Part shown: in pieces, positions 14,341 through 28,237 of the stretch | Layout: every line of letters begins with the position of its first letter | Numbering within the stretch: position 1 is the first letter of the stretch | DNA from: Chiloscyllium plagiosum | Taxonomy: Eukaryota | Direction of reading: 5' to 3' | DNA length: 64,000 nucleotides | Assembly (NCBI RefSeq): GCF_004010195.1 | Contig: NC_057719.1 | Location: forward strand, 5,589,258 to 5,653,257 | Program-made: the position numbers and the translations under genes | Notes under the pieces: model-generated | The model's database searches: none | Seen by the model: the letters and a program-made list of their open reading frames with translations, nothing else | What the model was told of the DNA's origin: nothing

Positions 14341-14529
14341 TGTGAATTGTGTTGAGACAGTTGAGCTGAGTAGGTCTATAATATCAGACTTTGAGCTGCC
14401 TCATTGATTTTGTACATTGTTTTTTCACTCCTGGATTCCTTCAACAGTCTACATTTCCTAATGTTTTTCTCTGCGCTGTTTACATACATGGCTCACTCTT
14501 TCTCCAATTCAGTACTTCACAATTCATGG

Positions 14530-14852
14530 TTAGGGGGTGTGGCATAGTAGTAATGTTACTGGAATGGCAATCCAAAGCCTCAGACTAATGCATTGGGGCA
14601 GCTGGAGCAATTTAAATGTGTTAGTAAAACAAATTAAAATTAAAACATTATCGGTTTTCATAAAAACCCATTTGGCTCACATGTGTCCTTTATGGAAGGA
14701 AGTCTGCTGTCCTTGCTTGGGTTTGCCTTCTATGTGATTCTAGATCCACAGTAATGTGGTTGCCTCTTAACAGTCCTCTGATATGGTCCAGTAAAGCACT
14801 CAAATCAAGTGTAATTAGAGGCAGGCAGCAAATGCTGACCTTCCTAGCACAA
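14530..14852 (+). mobile_element. DeuSINE/SacSINE-like SINE
   Basis: tRNA-like head gtggcatagtagtaatgttactgg and body gaaggaagtctgctgtcctt...aatgtggttgcctcttaac. Confidence 0.6.
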
Positions 14853-16007
14853 CCTTAAATAAACTTGTAAGTGTAACATGTAATTTGTCATTTATGCACC
14901 CAATTGCATGATGTATTTAAATTCTGTATGAAATCGTAACTGTACTCGCAGCTCCCATTGCTTGAGCTGGAACTTCATGTTGGGCTTGGAAAATGCAGGT
15001 TGAACTATTTCCTGGTTTCAAAAACCCATGTTCCAGACATCTGTTCATACCTGCCATATTTTCCTCTCTCAGGTGGGCAGGGGAGGAGGTTTCTTAAGTC
15101 ATGAGGCAGCATTGTATAGGTGCAGGTGTTGAGAAGAGCTGATTAGAAGGTCTGCCTCAGTTCATTGAGATATCATCCAACTCTCCAACATGCTTCTTAT
15201 GCCCCCTAAATGCCACAACTAACTCCCAAGCTCCTCATATCCTTCATTCCTCCTTATAACTCCCTATATCCCCCCCCCCCGTACCATTATCCATTCTTGT
15301 ATTTTTTATGCTCATTCATGTCCTGTCAATTCCCCCAGAAATCCATCGTAGCCACTCAACTCAGTATATCCACTAGGGATGGAAATTTGGAATAGGATAT
15401 CTTTAAGATAGACATAATTTAATAGTTCAAAGTTTTTTTTATAAGAACTGTCATATCTAAAGGCACGTCATGCTGAAAAAACACTCCTCCATTAAACCTT
15501 TTCAAATGGTCCACTCAAATGGTCAATCTGTTGTAAAACACCTTACTATTTACTACGAGTGTTGCTATTTTAATAAGCTCTTAAAACTATCACACAAAAT
15601 GTGAATGTTGAGCTGTGTGGTTCTGGATCTTTTGAAACTCAAGCAAGCATCCATGATGGCCCCAACTATCAAAACAAACCTTAGAAAATGTCAAATCTGC
15701 AGTCCATTAAAACTTAAATGAGAGAAGGCATATGTTAAGCGTATGATGTTCATTTCTACTTCAAAGCAGATTGCCTGTCAATCAATGGAGTGTATCAGGT
15801 ACTTAGAAAAATTTTTGATGTTCAAGCAGGGCTTTAGCTTTAAAAATAAAGCGAAAGATCATAACTCATTTAAATCTCAGTCCCAAACATGGCAACTGAG
15901 TTTTCCAGCACATTGTTTTACAGATTTGAATGCGTATGTCACTTCCTCAATTGTACAAAGTACTGTAATGCATGACCACGTTTAGACAATGGCAGTCGGT
16001 TTAATAG

Positions 16008-16685
16008 AGTCAAAGAGTGATAGAGATGTACAGCATGGAAACAGACCCTTTGGCCCAACTTGCCCATGCTGACCAGATATCCCAACCCAATCTAGTCCCA
16101 CCTGCCAGCACCTGGCCCATATCCTTCCAAACCCTTCTTTTTCATATACCCATCCAGATGCCTTTTAAATGTTGTAATTGTACTAGCCTCCACCACTTCC
16201 TCTGGCAGCTTATTCTATACATGCACCACCCTCTGTGTGAAAACGTTGTCCCTCAGGTCTCTTTTATATCTTTCATCTCTCACCCTAAACCTATGCCCTC
16301 TAGTTCTGGACTCTCCCAGCTGAGGGAAGAGACTTTGTCTGTTTATCCTATACATGCCCTTCATCATTTTATAAACGTCTATAAGATCACCCCTCAGCCT
16401 CCGATGCTCCAGGGAAAATAGCCCCAGCCTACTCAACCTGTCCCTATAGCTCAAATACTCCAACCCTGGCAACATCCTTATAAATCTTTTCTGAACCGTT
16501 TCAAGTTTCACAACATCCTTCCGTTAAGGAGGAGACCAGAATTGCACGCAACATTCCAGAAGTGGCCTAACTAACGTCCTGTACAGCCACAGCATGACCT
16601 CCCAAATCCTGTACTCAATACACTTGACCAATAAAGAAAAACATATCCAACGCCTTCTTCACTATCCTATCTACCTGCGACTCTA
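16008..16685 (-). mobile_element. 5'-truncated CR1
   Basis: ORF 16215-16511(-): LETVQKRFIRMLPGL...LGLFSLEHRRLRGDLI. Confidence 0.9.
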
Positions 16686-17929
16686 CAACAACTTTGCAGG
16701 ATGGAGTCTTGTAATCAGTTACTGAGTGAAATGTATATCTACAATAACATCTTATTTTAATGTGTCAAACATTTCATTCTCAGTCGACAAATGCTTACCA
16801 GTGATCACAAACTTTCAGCCTCAGTGTGTTTTTCAACACCACTCAGAACAATGGGGGTGGAAATCCAACTTTGCTATTGTCTTCACAATGGGAACCCTGA
16901 GCTCTGAAGTAATGTGTGTAGAGTTTGGGCTTGATGCCTTCCTAACCTGAGAAAAGGGCAAAAAAAAATTGTGTCGGCACTACAAATTGGAATTTCCAGA
17001 TGAACAATATTTTCTTGACCCTCATGACCACCTGACTGCTTCCACTGGCAGATTGGCAGGTGCAATGTAGAGCCAGTCCAGCAGCTTTAGGATCTGCTGA
17101 TGAGGTGCACACACCTGCACTCGATTACTTCAGCCAAAGTCATAGCAATACGGGTATGGGATCATGGTGAGCACTCCAGATTCCTCTTTCTCACAAGGAA
17201 ACAAAGCAGTGCCAGTGACCCCCAACCTGAGAAGGAACTATATGCAGGGCTCTCAGAAGTCTCATCTTCAACACTCCAGAAGTGGCCAGGCCCTCAGTCT
17301 CCTCCCTGTTCGTCACCTTCCTCCTTAGAAAGTTCAAGTCGAAGAGGGTTCACCTGGCTCTGGCATGTTTAGGCCATCCAAACACAGAAGTGACCCCAGA
17401 TCATCCAAACAAACCCTCAGGGCCAGAAGGTTCCACAACTAAGCAGGTTCCCTCTCACCCCGACTGAGGAACCAATGATCATACTGATATGTAGTGGAGG
17501 GAGAGAAAATCTACTGAGGACACTTTTGAGGCATGGGTGACATTGCACTGTACATGAATTGTCAAGCATGTATAAGTGTCATTGTTTTGACTCTACATCT
17601 ATTTGTTTGAGTCTCTATGTAACCCCAAATGTGACTGTGCCAGCATGATGTCTAAATTGATGTCCACACAGGTTGTACCATGGTTCGATGTCTGAGGTGA
17701 GAACTACTGCAACATGTAGAGGCAAGATGAATAAGCCATATATAGGGCTTTGGGTCCTGTAGACAGGATTTCACCTAAATCCTAAAGCATCCCTTCTTCC
17801 TCTGACTTCTTTCTCCAAATGTTTGGTGATTGCGGTGAAATGTAATATCTGGGGAAGGGGGGTGTATGCAGAGAGGGAGTCAACACATTAGGGTGGCCAG
17901 GGATTAGGGATCCTGCAAGACTATCCTGT

Positions 17930-18450
17930 GTAGTGTATGTGCCTGTGTCCAGTTCTGGGCCCCACACCTCAGGAAGGACATACTGGCCCTGGAGCGTGTC
18001 CAGTGGAGATTCACACGGATGATCCCTGGAATGGTAGGCCTAACATATGATGAACGGCTGAGGATCCTGGGATTGTATTTATTAGAGTTAGAAGGTAAAG
18101 GGGAGATCTAATAGAAACTTACAAGATAACGCTTTGCTTACAAAGGGTGGACACTGGGAATTTGTTTCCGTTAGGCAGGGATACTAGGACCCGTGGGCAC
18201 AGCCTTAGAATTGAAGGGGGTCAATTTAAAATGGAAACAAGGAGACATTTCTTCAGCCAGAGAGTGGTGGCCCTGTGGTATTCATTGCTGTGGAGTACAG
18301 TGGAGGCCAGGACATGAAATATCTTCAAGGCAGAGATTGATAAATTCTTGATCTCGCAAGGAATTTAGGGCTATGGGGAGAGTTGAGTTGAAATGCCCAT
18401 CAGCCATGATTGAATGGCGGAGTGGACTCAATGGGCCGAATGGCTGAGTA
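17930..18450 (+). mobile_element. CR1 3' fragment
   Basis: gtccagttctgggcccc...ttcttcagccagagagtggtg...atgggccgaatgg. Confidence 0.8.
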
Positions 18451-19887
18451 GCTTTTTGAATAAGTTGAATCAGTTATAATGGGCCAAATGGGCCCCACCT
18501 AGCTGCATCATTATATTGTAACACATATATCTATTAAATGAGGGGGGAATGATCAAAATTCCACAAATAATGCAAAATTATTTCATGTTTTTAAATAAAA
18601 ATGGAAAAACATATTGTCCAAATAGAATCCTGTATTGGAAGTTAATGTAGATGTGTTCTACTTGTGATGGAAATCTCAAGAACTTACTTATGACGTTGAT
18701 GTTCAGGATATTATACTGTTCCCTTCACTTGTAAAATAAGTACTTTTTGCAGTTTTCATATGATATCCTCCATATCTCAAATAGGGCAAAAATATTTGTT
18801 CATCGCCAGCATCAAATAAAACATACATTATGGCAAGATACAATCCTTGATTAGCTTTAAAGGAAACCTGAATTTAATGTGACTGTCCAGGTACTCACTA
18901 CCAATTACAAATTATAACTATAAATGCTATCAGTTTTATTTTAGCTACTCTGCAAGGATGAGAAATCCATTAGAAGAGCTTCTAAAATTCCAAGATTGCA
19001 GTGAACCCAAGTACAGAGCTGTCAATTCCCCAGCTATCTGGGATTTGTTATTTTTTGACAAAATGTGCCAATTTGAGTGTGACAGGACCATATCGATAAT
19101 GATTTTTGGTTGCTGCTAACGCTTGAAAATTGCAGCAATGATGAAGGATTGTCAACAAGTACATAGATGCTCTGGGACAGGTACTGGCTATAAAGGATTG
19201 CTGTATATGTCTATTGGTTATGGATTAATAAGCCATTTTCCATTCTTCATGCATTTTTCTATCATGGCAGCACCAATCTCTAAATTTGTCGCAAGAGTTG
19301 ACCAGAATACGTTACAAGACAGCCTGCGATTGCCGATGGTTCGATGTCTTGGCTGTCCATTTATCCAGGTGTTTTGAAATACCAAATCAGAAAATACCAT
19401 TCCAGATTAAGTAATAAACTATATTGATCTATGATTACCCACAGTTTTGCTCAAAGATTTTCAAGAAACTTGTTGCAGATGACTTTGTATCTTTCTCCCA
19501 TCCCTTTCCTTCCTTTCAAAAAGACTGTGATCATGTAGTGTTCACATTGACCCAAGCAAATTTTAATACTGGCAATCACTGAAGACTAAAATATACACAC
19601 ATTATTTTTTGACCTAACTCCACTTGCAGCAATCCTTTTCCTTTGATCTGTAGTTAGATCAAAGCTTCTTTCATTTGACTGCTGTACAGAATCATCAACA
19701 ATAAGCATAGAACTCAATGTTCTTCAATTATAACTGGTCAGATTGTGCTTTCAACTATCCTGTTGTGTTTTTACAGCTTGAGTTTGCTTAGATTCATAGT
19801 GAATATTTTTACCTCATATATAAATCCTTTTAAATGCAAATGGATCACAGCTGAAATGGCTCAAGATATTTCTGTCAGTAGGCCTCC

Positions 19888-20458
19888 CTACGCGGAGCGT
19901 TTCAGAGAACACCTCTGGGACACCCGGACCAACCAACCCAACCACCCTGTAGCTCAACATTTCAATTCCCCCTCCCACTCCACCAAGGATATGCAGGTCT
20001 TTGGACTCCTCCATCGTCAGACCACAACAAAACGACGGTTGGAGGAAGAACGCCTCATCTTCCGCCTAGGAACCCTCCAACCACAAGGGATGAACTCGGA
20101 TTTCACCAGTTTCCTCATTTCCCCTCCCCCCACCCTGTCTCAGTCAAATCCATCAAATTCAGCACCGCCTTCCTAACCTGAGATCTTCTTCCCGACCTCT
20201 CCGCCCCCACCCCAGTCTGACCTATCACCCTCACCTTGACCTCTTTCCACCTATCACATTTCCAACGCCCCTCCCCCAAGTCCCTCCTCCCTACCTTTTA
20301 TCTTAGCCTGCTGGACAAACTTTCCTCATTCCTGAAGAAGGGCTTATGCCCGAAACGTCGATTCTCCTGTTCCCTGGATGCTGCCTGACCTGCTGCGCTT
20401 TTCCAGCAACACATTTCCAGCTCTGATCTCCAGCATCTGCAGACCTCACTTTCTCCTC
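19888..20458 (+). mobile_element. Young 5'-truncated Penelope-like element (GIY-YIG C-terminus and pLTR)
   Basis: AERFREHLWDTR...VAQHFNSPSH...RRLEEERLIFRLGTLQPQGMN; CpGs are retained. Hammerhead core at 20332-20359. Confidence 0.9.
20332..20359 (+). ncRNA. Minimal type I hammerhead ribozyme motif in a PLE pLTR
   Basis: CTGAAGA-a-GGGC-ttat-GCCC-GAAAC-GTC: CUGANGA and GAAA cores, 4-bp stem II, palindromic ACGT in place of stem III, and a GUC triplet. Confidence 0.75.
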
Positions 20459-20921
20459 CCTTATCAGAGCATAATAACTTAAAACATGAACAGCCATTTC
20501 TACCAAATCATCTCATAACCTCCCATGTTTTCAATAAAACAGACACAATGTGGCCTATAGGTTGTAAGTAAAAACTCTTTGTCACTATTTTAAGAAAGTT
20601 CTTTTCATTCTTCTGATAACCTCGCATAGCCCTTTTGTAACTTATTTTACAGACTGTGTCTTCCTCACAGTTTAATTTCCCACTAACTTTATATCATCAG
20701 GCGGATTAATTATCTAAGTTCAAATTCATCTAAGCCAGTAATATAGACAGTAAGTAGCTGAGGCTGCAACCCATCCTTAAGGTACCCCATTAGTAGCAAG
20801 CTGTTAACCAGAAAATAGTACACTTATCCCTCCTCTGTGGTCTCCAACCTTGACTGAATGGACTATCCTCAACTCCATGTTGCATCTGTTTCACCAAAAC
20901 CATTGGAATTTATGAGATGGT

Positions 20922-21142
20922 CTGGTAGAAATGGCTGAAAATGTGTTGCTGGAACAGCGCAGCAGGTCAGGCAGCATCCAGGGAACAGGAGAATCGACAT
21001 TTCGGGCATAAGCCCTTCTTCAGGAACGTCGATTCTCCTGTTCCCTGGATGCTGCCTGACCTGCTGCGCTGTTCCAGCAACACATTTTCAGCTCTGATCT
21101 CCAGCATCTGCAGACCTCACTTTCTCCTGGTAGAAATGGCTG
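20922..21142. mobile_element. PLE-derived fold-back element (family A) with 16-bp TSD
   Basis: TSD ctggtagaaatggctg at 20922-20937 and 21127-21142; ~60-bp inverted arms; hammerhead core on the minus strand at 20996-21023. Confidence 0.88.
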
Positions 21143-21989
21143 TTCATGTTTGAAGTTATTATCCCTATTGAATGTAGTTATCATGCGCCTTTTGTTTGGA
21201 GTACACAGTCTCTTTAAAATTTCAACTTTATTGATCACAGATTGGTGTCTCTGAGGTGCCTTACAGGTTTCTGCGCAGCCACACAATTTAGCTGAAACAC
21301 TGTCCATAATCCCTTACTTTATATGGACTTAAGTGTTGTACCTTATTGAAGGCTTCTGCAAATCCAAATATATTACCTTTTTACCTACACACTAGTAATG
21401 TTGAAAATTGTGCTATGTTTCTATCAGTGCTTTGGTTATCATGGATTATCAATTGCCAAATGTTTAAATCAAATTTCCCAATCTGTTTTGTCAATTCACT
21501 TCTGATACCTGTGTGTTTGACTTTATTCAAGCTCAGTGCAGAAATATGTCAGACTAAAATTTGACATTGACTTTGAGAGCATTATGGTCATTATTTTTCA
21601 TAAAATTACAGATTACTATGAGGTTACAATTGCATGAGACACGATTGCAAATACTCTTTTCTCTGGTTGATTCCAAATTTGTTGATGTAATGTCCTGGGA
21701 AATTGTCTTTTATGAATTTGACCTCTAATTTACTCTCATCAATTTGAGTTGTCCAGGCTATATAATGATTAAGTTTCCACACATTTTAGTTTTGTTATGT
21801 TCTGTTCTTTTCTTAATTGACACTCTGTTCAGCTACTGCTGGGACTTCCTATATTATTCCTGTGGATGTTTGCTCCCAGTTGATTTGGTTCTTACCTTTA
21901 AGCATCCTGATTCTGCTTTCTACAATCTGTACCAGGATTCTTCTTATGTCATCACTATTTTCCGTATTATTGGGGCTACTTCCCTCCAT

Positions 21990-22405
21990 CACTGCTTTAT
22001 GAAAGGCTTGTCTGTTGAGGATAAATTGCACAGAACTAGAGTTTAGAAGCGTGAGTGGACATCTAATTGAGGTATATGAGGTGCTAAAGAAGATGTAAAG
22101 CAGATGTTTCCCCTTATGGAGCAATCGCAAATAAGAGGCCACAGTTTTAGGATAAAGTGTAACAGGTTTAAAACAGAGAAGAAGAGGGATTATTTCTCTC
22201 AGTATTGTGAATCTATGGAATCTGTGCAGTGGACAAAGAGACACTGCATGATTTTTAATTAGTAATGGTTTAAGAGGTTTTGGAGAATGAGCAGGAAAGT
22301 GGAGCTTAAGCCAAAATGAGATCAGCTATGATTCTATTAAATGTCAGAGCAGGCTCGAGGGGCTCAATTGCCAATCCTCTTCCTGGTACTTAGGTTCTTA
22401 TGTAC
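21990..22405 (+). mobile_element. Old CR1 3' fragment
   Basis: gagtttagaagcgtgagtggacatctaattgagg...tgtgaatctatggaat. Confidence 0.7.
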
Positions 22406-22507
22406 CTTTTTGAAACATTAGTGCACTGTATTATTTAATTCCCAACTTTGGTCACCAAAAACGCAGGCTGCTGCTACTAGTTAATAAATCAAACCCTTCT
22501 ACCTCTA

Positions 22508-22910
22508 TAAAAGCAAAATACTGTGGATGCTGGAAATCTGAAATTAAGCGGAAAGTGCGAGAGAAATTCAACAGGTTTGGCAGCATCTTTAAAGGAAACA
22601 AACGGTTAACGTTTCGAGTCTGACTTCAGAACTGAAGGAGACTCACTAAAATAAAACAAAGAACTGTGGATGCTGGAGATCTGAAACAAACAGGAATTGT
22701 TGGCAAAGCTCAGAACAGTTCTGAAGAAGGGTCACAAGACTGAAACGTTAACTCTGTTTTCTCTGCTGCCAGACCTGCTGAGTTTTTCCAGCAGTTTCTG
22801 TTATTGTTTGTCTGAAGAAGAGTCATATTGGACGCGAAACATTAACTGTTTCTTCTGCACAAATGCTGCTGAATCTTTTGAGTTTCTCCAGCACTTTCTG
22901 TTTTATTCCT
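22508..22910. mobile_element. Cluster of older PLE-derived pLTR/fold-back remnants
   Basis: tgtggatgctgga motifs in inverted arrangement with ctgctgagtttttccagca; ctgaagaag...gaaac cores at ~22721 and ~22812. Confidence 0.7.
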
Positions 22911-23129
22911 TTGATAGCTGTTTGTGGCATTGAAGTACCTTTGATTTTTAACTTTTTACCATTTTTCTCTGATTTTACTTTACTCATTGCTGCATTAAAC
23001 TTTGACCCTTCTTGTCACACTGCTTATCTTTACCCAAATCGCCACTTTCAGTCTGTGCTACAAGCTCACTTACCTTGTTTCATATACTGTGTGTATTTAA
23101 GTACAGTACCCTTAGTATACAGCATCCTA

Positions 23130-23590
23130 TTTGCATGCCCACTTGTCTGTCCTAGGCGTCCTTCAATGCTCCAGCGAATCACGGTGCAAACTGGACGAAC
23201 AACATCTCATCTTCAGATTAGGCACTTTACAACTTTCTATGTTTAATATTGAGTTCACCGCCTTCACTCACTCCCATTTCTTTAAGCTTTACTTCTTGCA
23301 TTTTCTGTCACTGTTTCCTCTCTCCCCTCACTCTACTCGTGGGGCTATCCATTCTTTCCAGTTTGGTAGTTAAACTCACTATTGTTCTCTCATTGTCACA
23401 TTACGATTGCTTAATCTGAACTAACAACACCCTTTCTCCCCCAGCAATCCAACTCTCACTATTGCCTAAATGCTATCTCCTCTACATTAACGTCTGCTCT
23501 GATGAAGAAACTTCTAGATTCAAAACGTTAGCTTGCACTCTCTCTACGGTTGCTGTCTGACTTGCTTGATTTCCAGCATTTTTTGTTTTC
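23130..23590 (+). mobile_element. Old Penelope-like 3' fragment
   Basis: CKLDEQHLIFRLGTLQ, then a degenerate ctgatgaag...caaaacgtt pLTR. Confidence 0.7.
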
Positions 23591-23849
23591 ACCTTCAGTC
23601 CTACATTGACTGTCCCTTTCTCATAGTTGCCCCCTCATCTCCTGTGCCTGAAGTTAGATTCCTGATCCTTTCCTTACTCTTTTACTTGTTCTGGAAACTT
23701 TAATAACCACTCCTGAGCCCTGCCCCATATAACAAGTTTCAAGTCCTTGTGACTTTAATTTATTTTGATTTGCGACATCAGTTCATCTGCCTTGTTCTGA
23801 ATGCTTCATGCATTCCAATTCTACCAATGTCTTGTAAATGTAAAAGATC

Positions 23850-24465
23850 CCACGGAAATCCACATCAGGGAGACAGGACGCCAACTTGCAGAACGTTTCA
23901 GGAAACCTCTCTGGCATACATGCACCAAACAACCCCATTGCCCTGTGGCCGACCACTTCAATTCCCCCTCCCACGCCATAAGGACATGCAAGTCCTGGGC
24001 CTCCTCCACTGCCAAATCAAAGTCCCCCGACAACTTGAGGAAGCACCCCTCATCTTCCGCCTTGGGACCCTTCAATCACACAGCATCAACATTGACTTCA
24101 TTAGTTTCCAAAGTTCCCCTTCCCCACCTCATCCCAGATCCAGCCCTCCAACTCGGCACTACCCTCTTGACCTGTCCTACCTGTCCATCTTCCTTCCCAT
24201 CTTTTCGCTCCACCCTCCCCACCAACCTATCTCAATCACACCTGACTTGCATCTACATATCGCCTTCCCAGCTACCTCCCCACCCCCACCCCCACCTTCC
24301 TATTTATCTTTCAGTCCCCTTCCCTCCTCCATATTCCTGATGAAGGGCTTATGCCTGAAACACCGACTCACCTGCCCCTTGGATGCTGCCTGACCTGCTG
24401 CACTTTTCTAAGGCCATACTTTTTGACTGTGATCTCTAGCATCTGCATTCCTCACTTTCTCCTAG
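23850..24465 (+). mobile_element. Penelope-like 3' fragment (GIY-YIG and pLTR)
   Basis: HIRETGRQLAERFRKPL...ADHFNSPSH; pLTR with cctgatgaagggcttatgcctgaaac. Confidence 0.85.
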
Positions 24466-24859
24466 TCACTAGGAAAGAAAGGTGAAGGTGTAATTCCTGA
24501 ATCTGAGCCAACAATTAACCTTAAGCACCACTTCCAAAAGCAGTTTACATTATTCATTCAAGGGATAGGACTTGAGCCAGCATTCATTGCCCATTCTTCT
24601 TGAACTTCTCCATGTGGAATAAGTTGATCCATAGTCTTGTCAGGAAGGTTATTATCTAATCAAATGTCTCATTGTTTTCAGAATCTTTTTATGTGGAAAT
24701 CAAATACCCTGTTTTTGCTACATCTGTAATATGGCTGTGCAGTGTTATTTGCAGATGTTATGTAACCAGATCACATTGTGACAAGACACAACACTGAAGA
24801 CAAAATTAATCTTTCACTTTGGTATCTGAATATAGCTTTCATCAATTAAATTATATTAG

Positions 24860-25750
24860 AGCATAACAGAAATAGGCCATTTAGCCCCTTAAACTTGCTG
24901 TGCCGTTCACGTAGATCACTACTGATAATCTGCCTCAGTGCCAGTTTCCTGCACTGTACTCCATATCACTTGAATCTTTAATGTTGAGTAATCTATCAAT
25001 CTCTGACCTGAACATATTCAATATCTGATCTTCCACAGCCCTCTAGAGTAGAAAAATCCAAAGATTTACTAACCTATGAGTGAAGAAATTCCTCCTCATC
25101 TCTGTTCTTAATACCCTACCTCTTATTCTGAGACTCTGTCTCCTGGTTCTTGCCTGGCTCACGGGGTGCTCAGCAACCATCCTTTCCATATTTACCTTGT
25201 TAAGCCCTATAAGAATTTTGTAGGCTACATTCTTCTCTACTCCAGAGACTATCAACCTAAACCCTACAACCTTTCCTCATAGTGCAATCCTTTTGCCAAA
25301 GGAATCTATCTGGTGAACCTCTCTCTATGGCAAGGATATCTTCCTGAGATAAGGAAAGCTACTGTACACAGTAGTCCAGATCAGGTCTCATCAAGGCTGT
25401 ATGCAATTGTAGGAAGATCTCTTTACTCCAGTACTCAAATTCTGGTGGTTTAAATACCATCATACCAATTAGCTTAATATTTGCAACTGTACTTACATGT
25501 TAGCTCTCAGTAATATATGAACAAAGATATCCCAGATCTCTGAACATCAACACTTCCCAATCCCGTATCCTTTCAGAAGTAATCTTCAATGTTTCCTAAC
25601 AAAGTGGATAATTCCACATTTTTCCATATTATATTCCATCTGCCATGATCTTGCCCTCTCGCTCAGCCTGTCTAAATCACCTTGCAGCCATTTTGTATCC
25701 TCCTCACAACTCCTTCCCACGCCAGATTTTGGATCGTCAGCAATCTAAAA
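24860..25750 (-). mobile_element. Old CR1
   Basis: Minus-strand RTEMRRNFFTHRLVNLW. Confidence 0.75.
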
Positions 25751-27111
25751 GGACTGCAGAGTGGCACTTTAAAAAGGAAACTGCTTTACCGGGCTCTAGT
25801 GTATGTATAAGACAGATTGTGATAATATGACCAAAGAGAAGCTTCCGTGTAATTGTAAGGTCGTGGATAGTAAATGTGTGAAGAAGCAGTATTCATTTCT
25901 TACTTCTCCAGTCTATTACTATGCTGCAAAGGGAAATGTAAGAGAAAAGGCAGATTCTCAATTATCCATTGAGAACCATGTAATACTAAAATTACTGCCG
26001 GTCAGAGGTCACGAGTCTTTTTGTGAGTTTACTATTTTATCATTCAGTTAAAAGACTGCTTGCTAAATACACATGCCCAAGTTATTCTTACTTGCCTCCC
26101 TTTTAATTACTGTGAATGTTTCTTGCTTCTCTGCTTGGCACTCTACTTGTTAATTCAGGTCAACCGAGTTGCTGTGAGATTTTTTGCTTCCCACCGTGAG
26201 GTGTGCCTCAGAAATTTCATGTGTAATAACAACTGTTAATATTGTTTGATTAGAATTCTTTACCAGGTAGCTCGGAGAGGATGATGTGGTATATCAGCTC
26301 AGGATAAATATTCAGGTCTTGGATTTGAATGGCAAAGCAAAGCCAAACTTTTGCAGTTTATTCCTTGCTTTGTATTTTGCTAATACTTGTGACAATGTTT
26401 CAGCCTTTGTATCCATGGAGACTGATTTTACTGGGTCTTTGTGACTACTATTACTCTTAAAACAAAGCAAAAGCTGGACCCAAAAGTTGGATTCAGTCTT
26501 TGTGTTTGCTCATGACCTGAATGTACAGATGCAGGTGTACACCGATGCCATGATAAGCTGTTTCAAACATTTTGTCCTTTCCTGGAGCAAAGTTTTAAAT
26601 GTTTTAGTGTGGATCACTCTCGCATTTTACCAAGCAACTGATGCAAGTGCTTCAGAAACCCTTGCAGAAAGAGAAAGAAAGGGCAAGGTGTTTTGCTTAA
26701 GTAACAAAAGTGACATGAGAAAAATCTTTCTTCACACAATTAGTGGTTCAGGTCTGGAATACACTACCTGGAATTGAGGTGGAAGTGAGTTCAATTGAAC
26801 CGTTCAAGAGGGTATTAGATAGTTATTGGAATAAAAACAATGCAGAAAAGTACAGAAAAGTCATAATGCTTATTTGGAGAGTTGAAAAAATTACGATGGG
26901 CCAATTTCTCTTCTTGTGCCATACTCTTCTGTGATTCTGCGGTTATGTTCAAAATGGCTACATGACAAATCGTGTCATGTTGTCACTAAATACTGATACC
27001 AAACAATCACTACTTTGCCCATTGACTTTCCAACCATTGGTAAGCAGCTGTCCACATAGAGGTTGCATGGATTAAAATCATGCATGTCTAAATGAACATA
27101 GGGATGACAGA

Positions 27112-27960
27112 GATCACATGGACCAATGGGCTGAGGAGTGGCAGATAGAGTTTAATTTAGATAAATGCGAGGTGCTGCATTTTGGGAAAGCAAATCTTAG
27201 CAGGACTTATACACTTAATGGTAAGGTCCTAGGGTGTGTTGCTGAGCAAAGAGACCTTGGAGTGCAGGTTCTTAGCTCCTTGAAATTGGAATCACAGGTA
27301 GATAGGATAGTGAAGAAGGCGTTTGGTATGCTTTCCTTTATTGGTCAGAGCATTGAGTACAGGAGTTTGGCGGTCATGTTGCAGCTGTACACGATGTTGG
27401 TTAAGCCACTTTGGAATATTGTGTACAATTCTGGTCTCCTTCCTATCGGAAAGATGTTATAAAACGTGAAAGGGTTCAGAAAAGATTTACAAGGATGTTG
27501 CCAGGGTTAGAGGATTTGAGCTATAGGGAGAGGCTGAATAGGCCGGGGCTATTTTCCCTGAAGTTTCGGAGGCTGAGGGGGTGACCTCATAGAGGTTTAT
27601 AAAGTCATGAGGGGCATGGATAGGATAAATAGACAAAGTCTTTTCCCTAGGGTGAGGGAGTCCAGAACTAGAGGGCATAGGTTTAGGGTGAGACAGGAAA
27701 GATAGAAAAGAGACCTAAGGGACAACTTTTTCACACAGAGGGTGGTATGTGTATGGAATGAGCTGCCAGAAGAAATAGTAGAGGCTGGTACAATTGCAGC
27801 ATTTAAAAGGCATCTGGATGGATATATGAATAGGAACGGTTTCAAGGGCAGTGGGGCAAGTGCTGTCAAATAGTACTACACTGGGTTGGGATATCTGGTC
27901 GGCATTGATGAGTTGGTCCGAAGAAGTCTCTTTCCATGCTGTACATCTCTATGACTCTGT
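27112..27960 (+). mobile_element. 5'-truncated CR1
   Basis: ORF 27118-27462: WAEEWQIEFNLDKCEVLHFG...QRDLGVQV; 3' tail ctctatgactct. Confidence 0.92.
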
Positions 27961-28237
27961 AACCCTATTTAGCTTTCTTTCCCCAATCCAGATTTTGGAC
28001 ATCGCAAAATATAAAACTAGATTATGGTGACTGAATTATTTGTAGAAGCAAACTTTCGTTTCAGTTTTGGTTTAACTATATCACCAAGTTGCTAGAAAGA
28101 CAAGTTTTTGTTTAAAGAAGGTGTGAATTCTTACTGGTTGTAATAACTTAGGAACCCGGACTGGAAATATCATTTAATGGTGAATGCCAAAACAGAGCCA
28201 CTATTCCTGGGTTTGCCTATTTTTTAAAATCCGAAAT

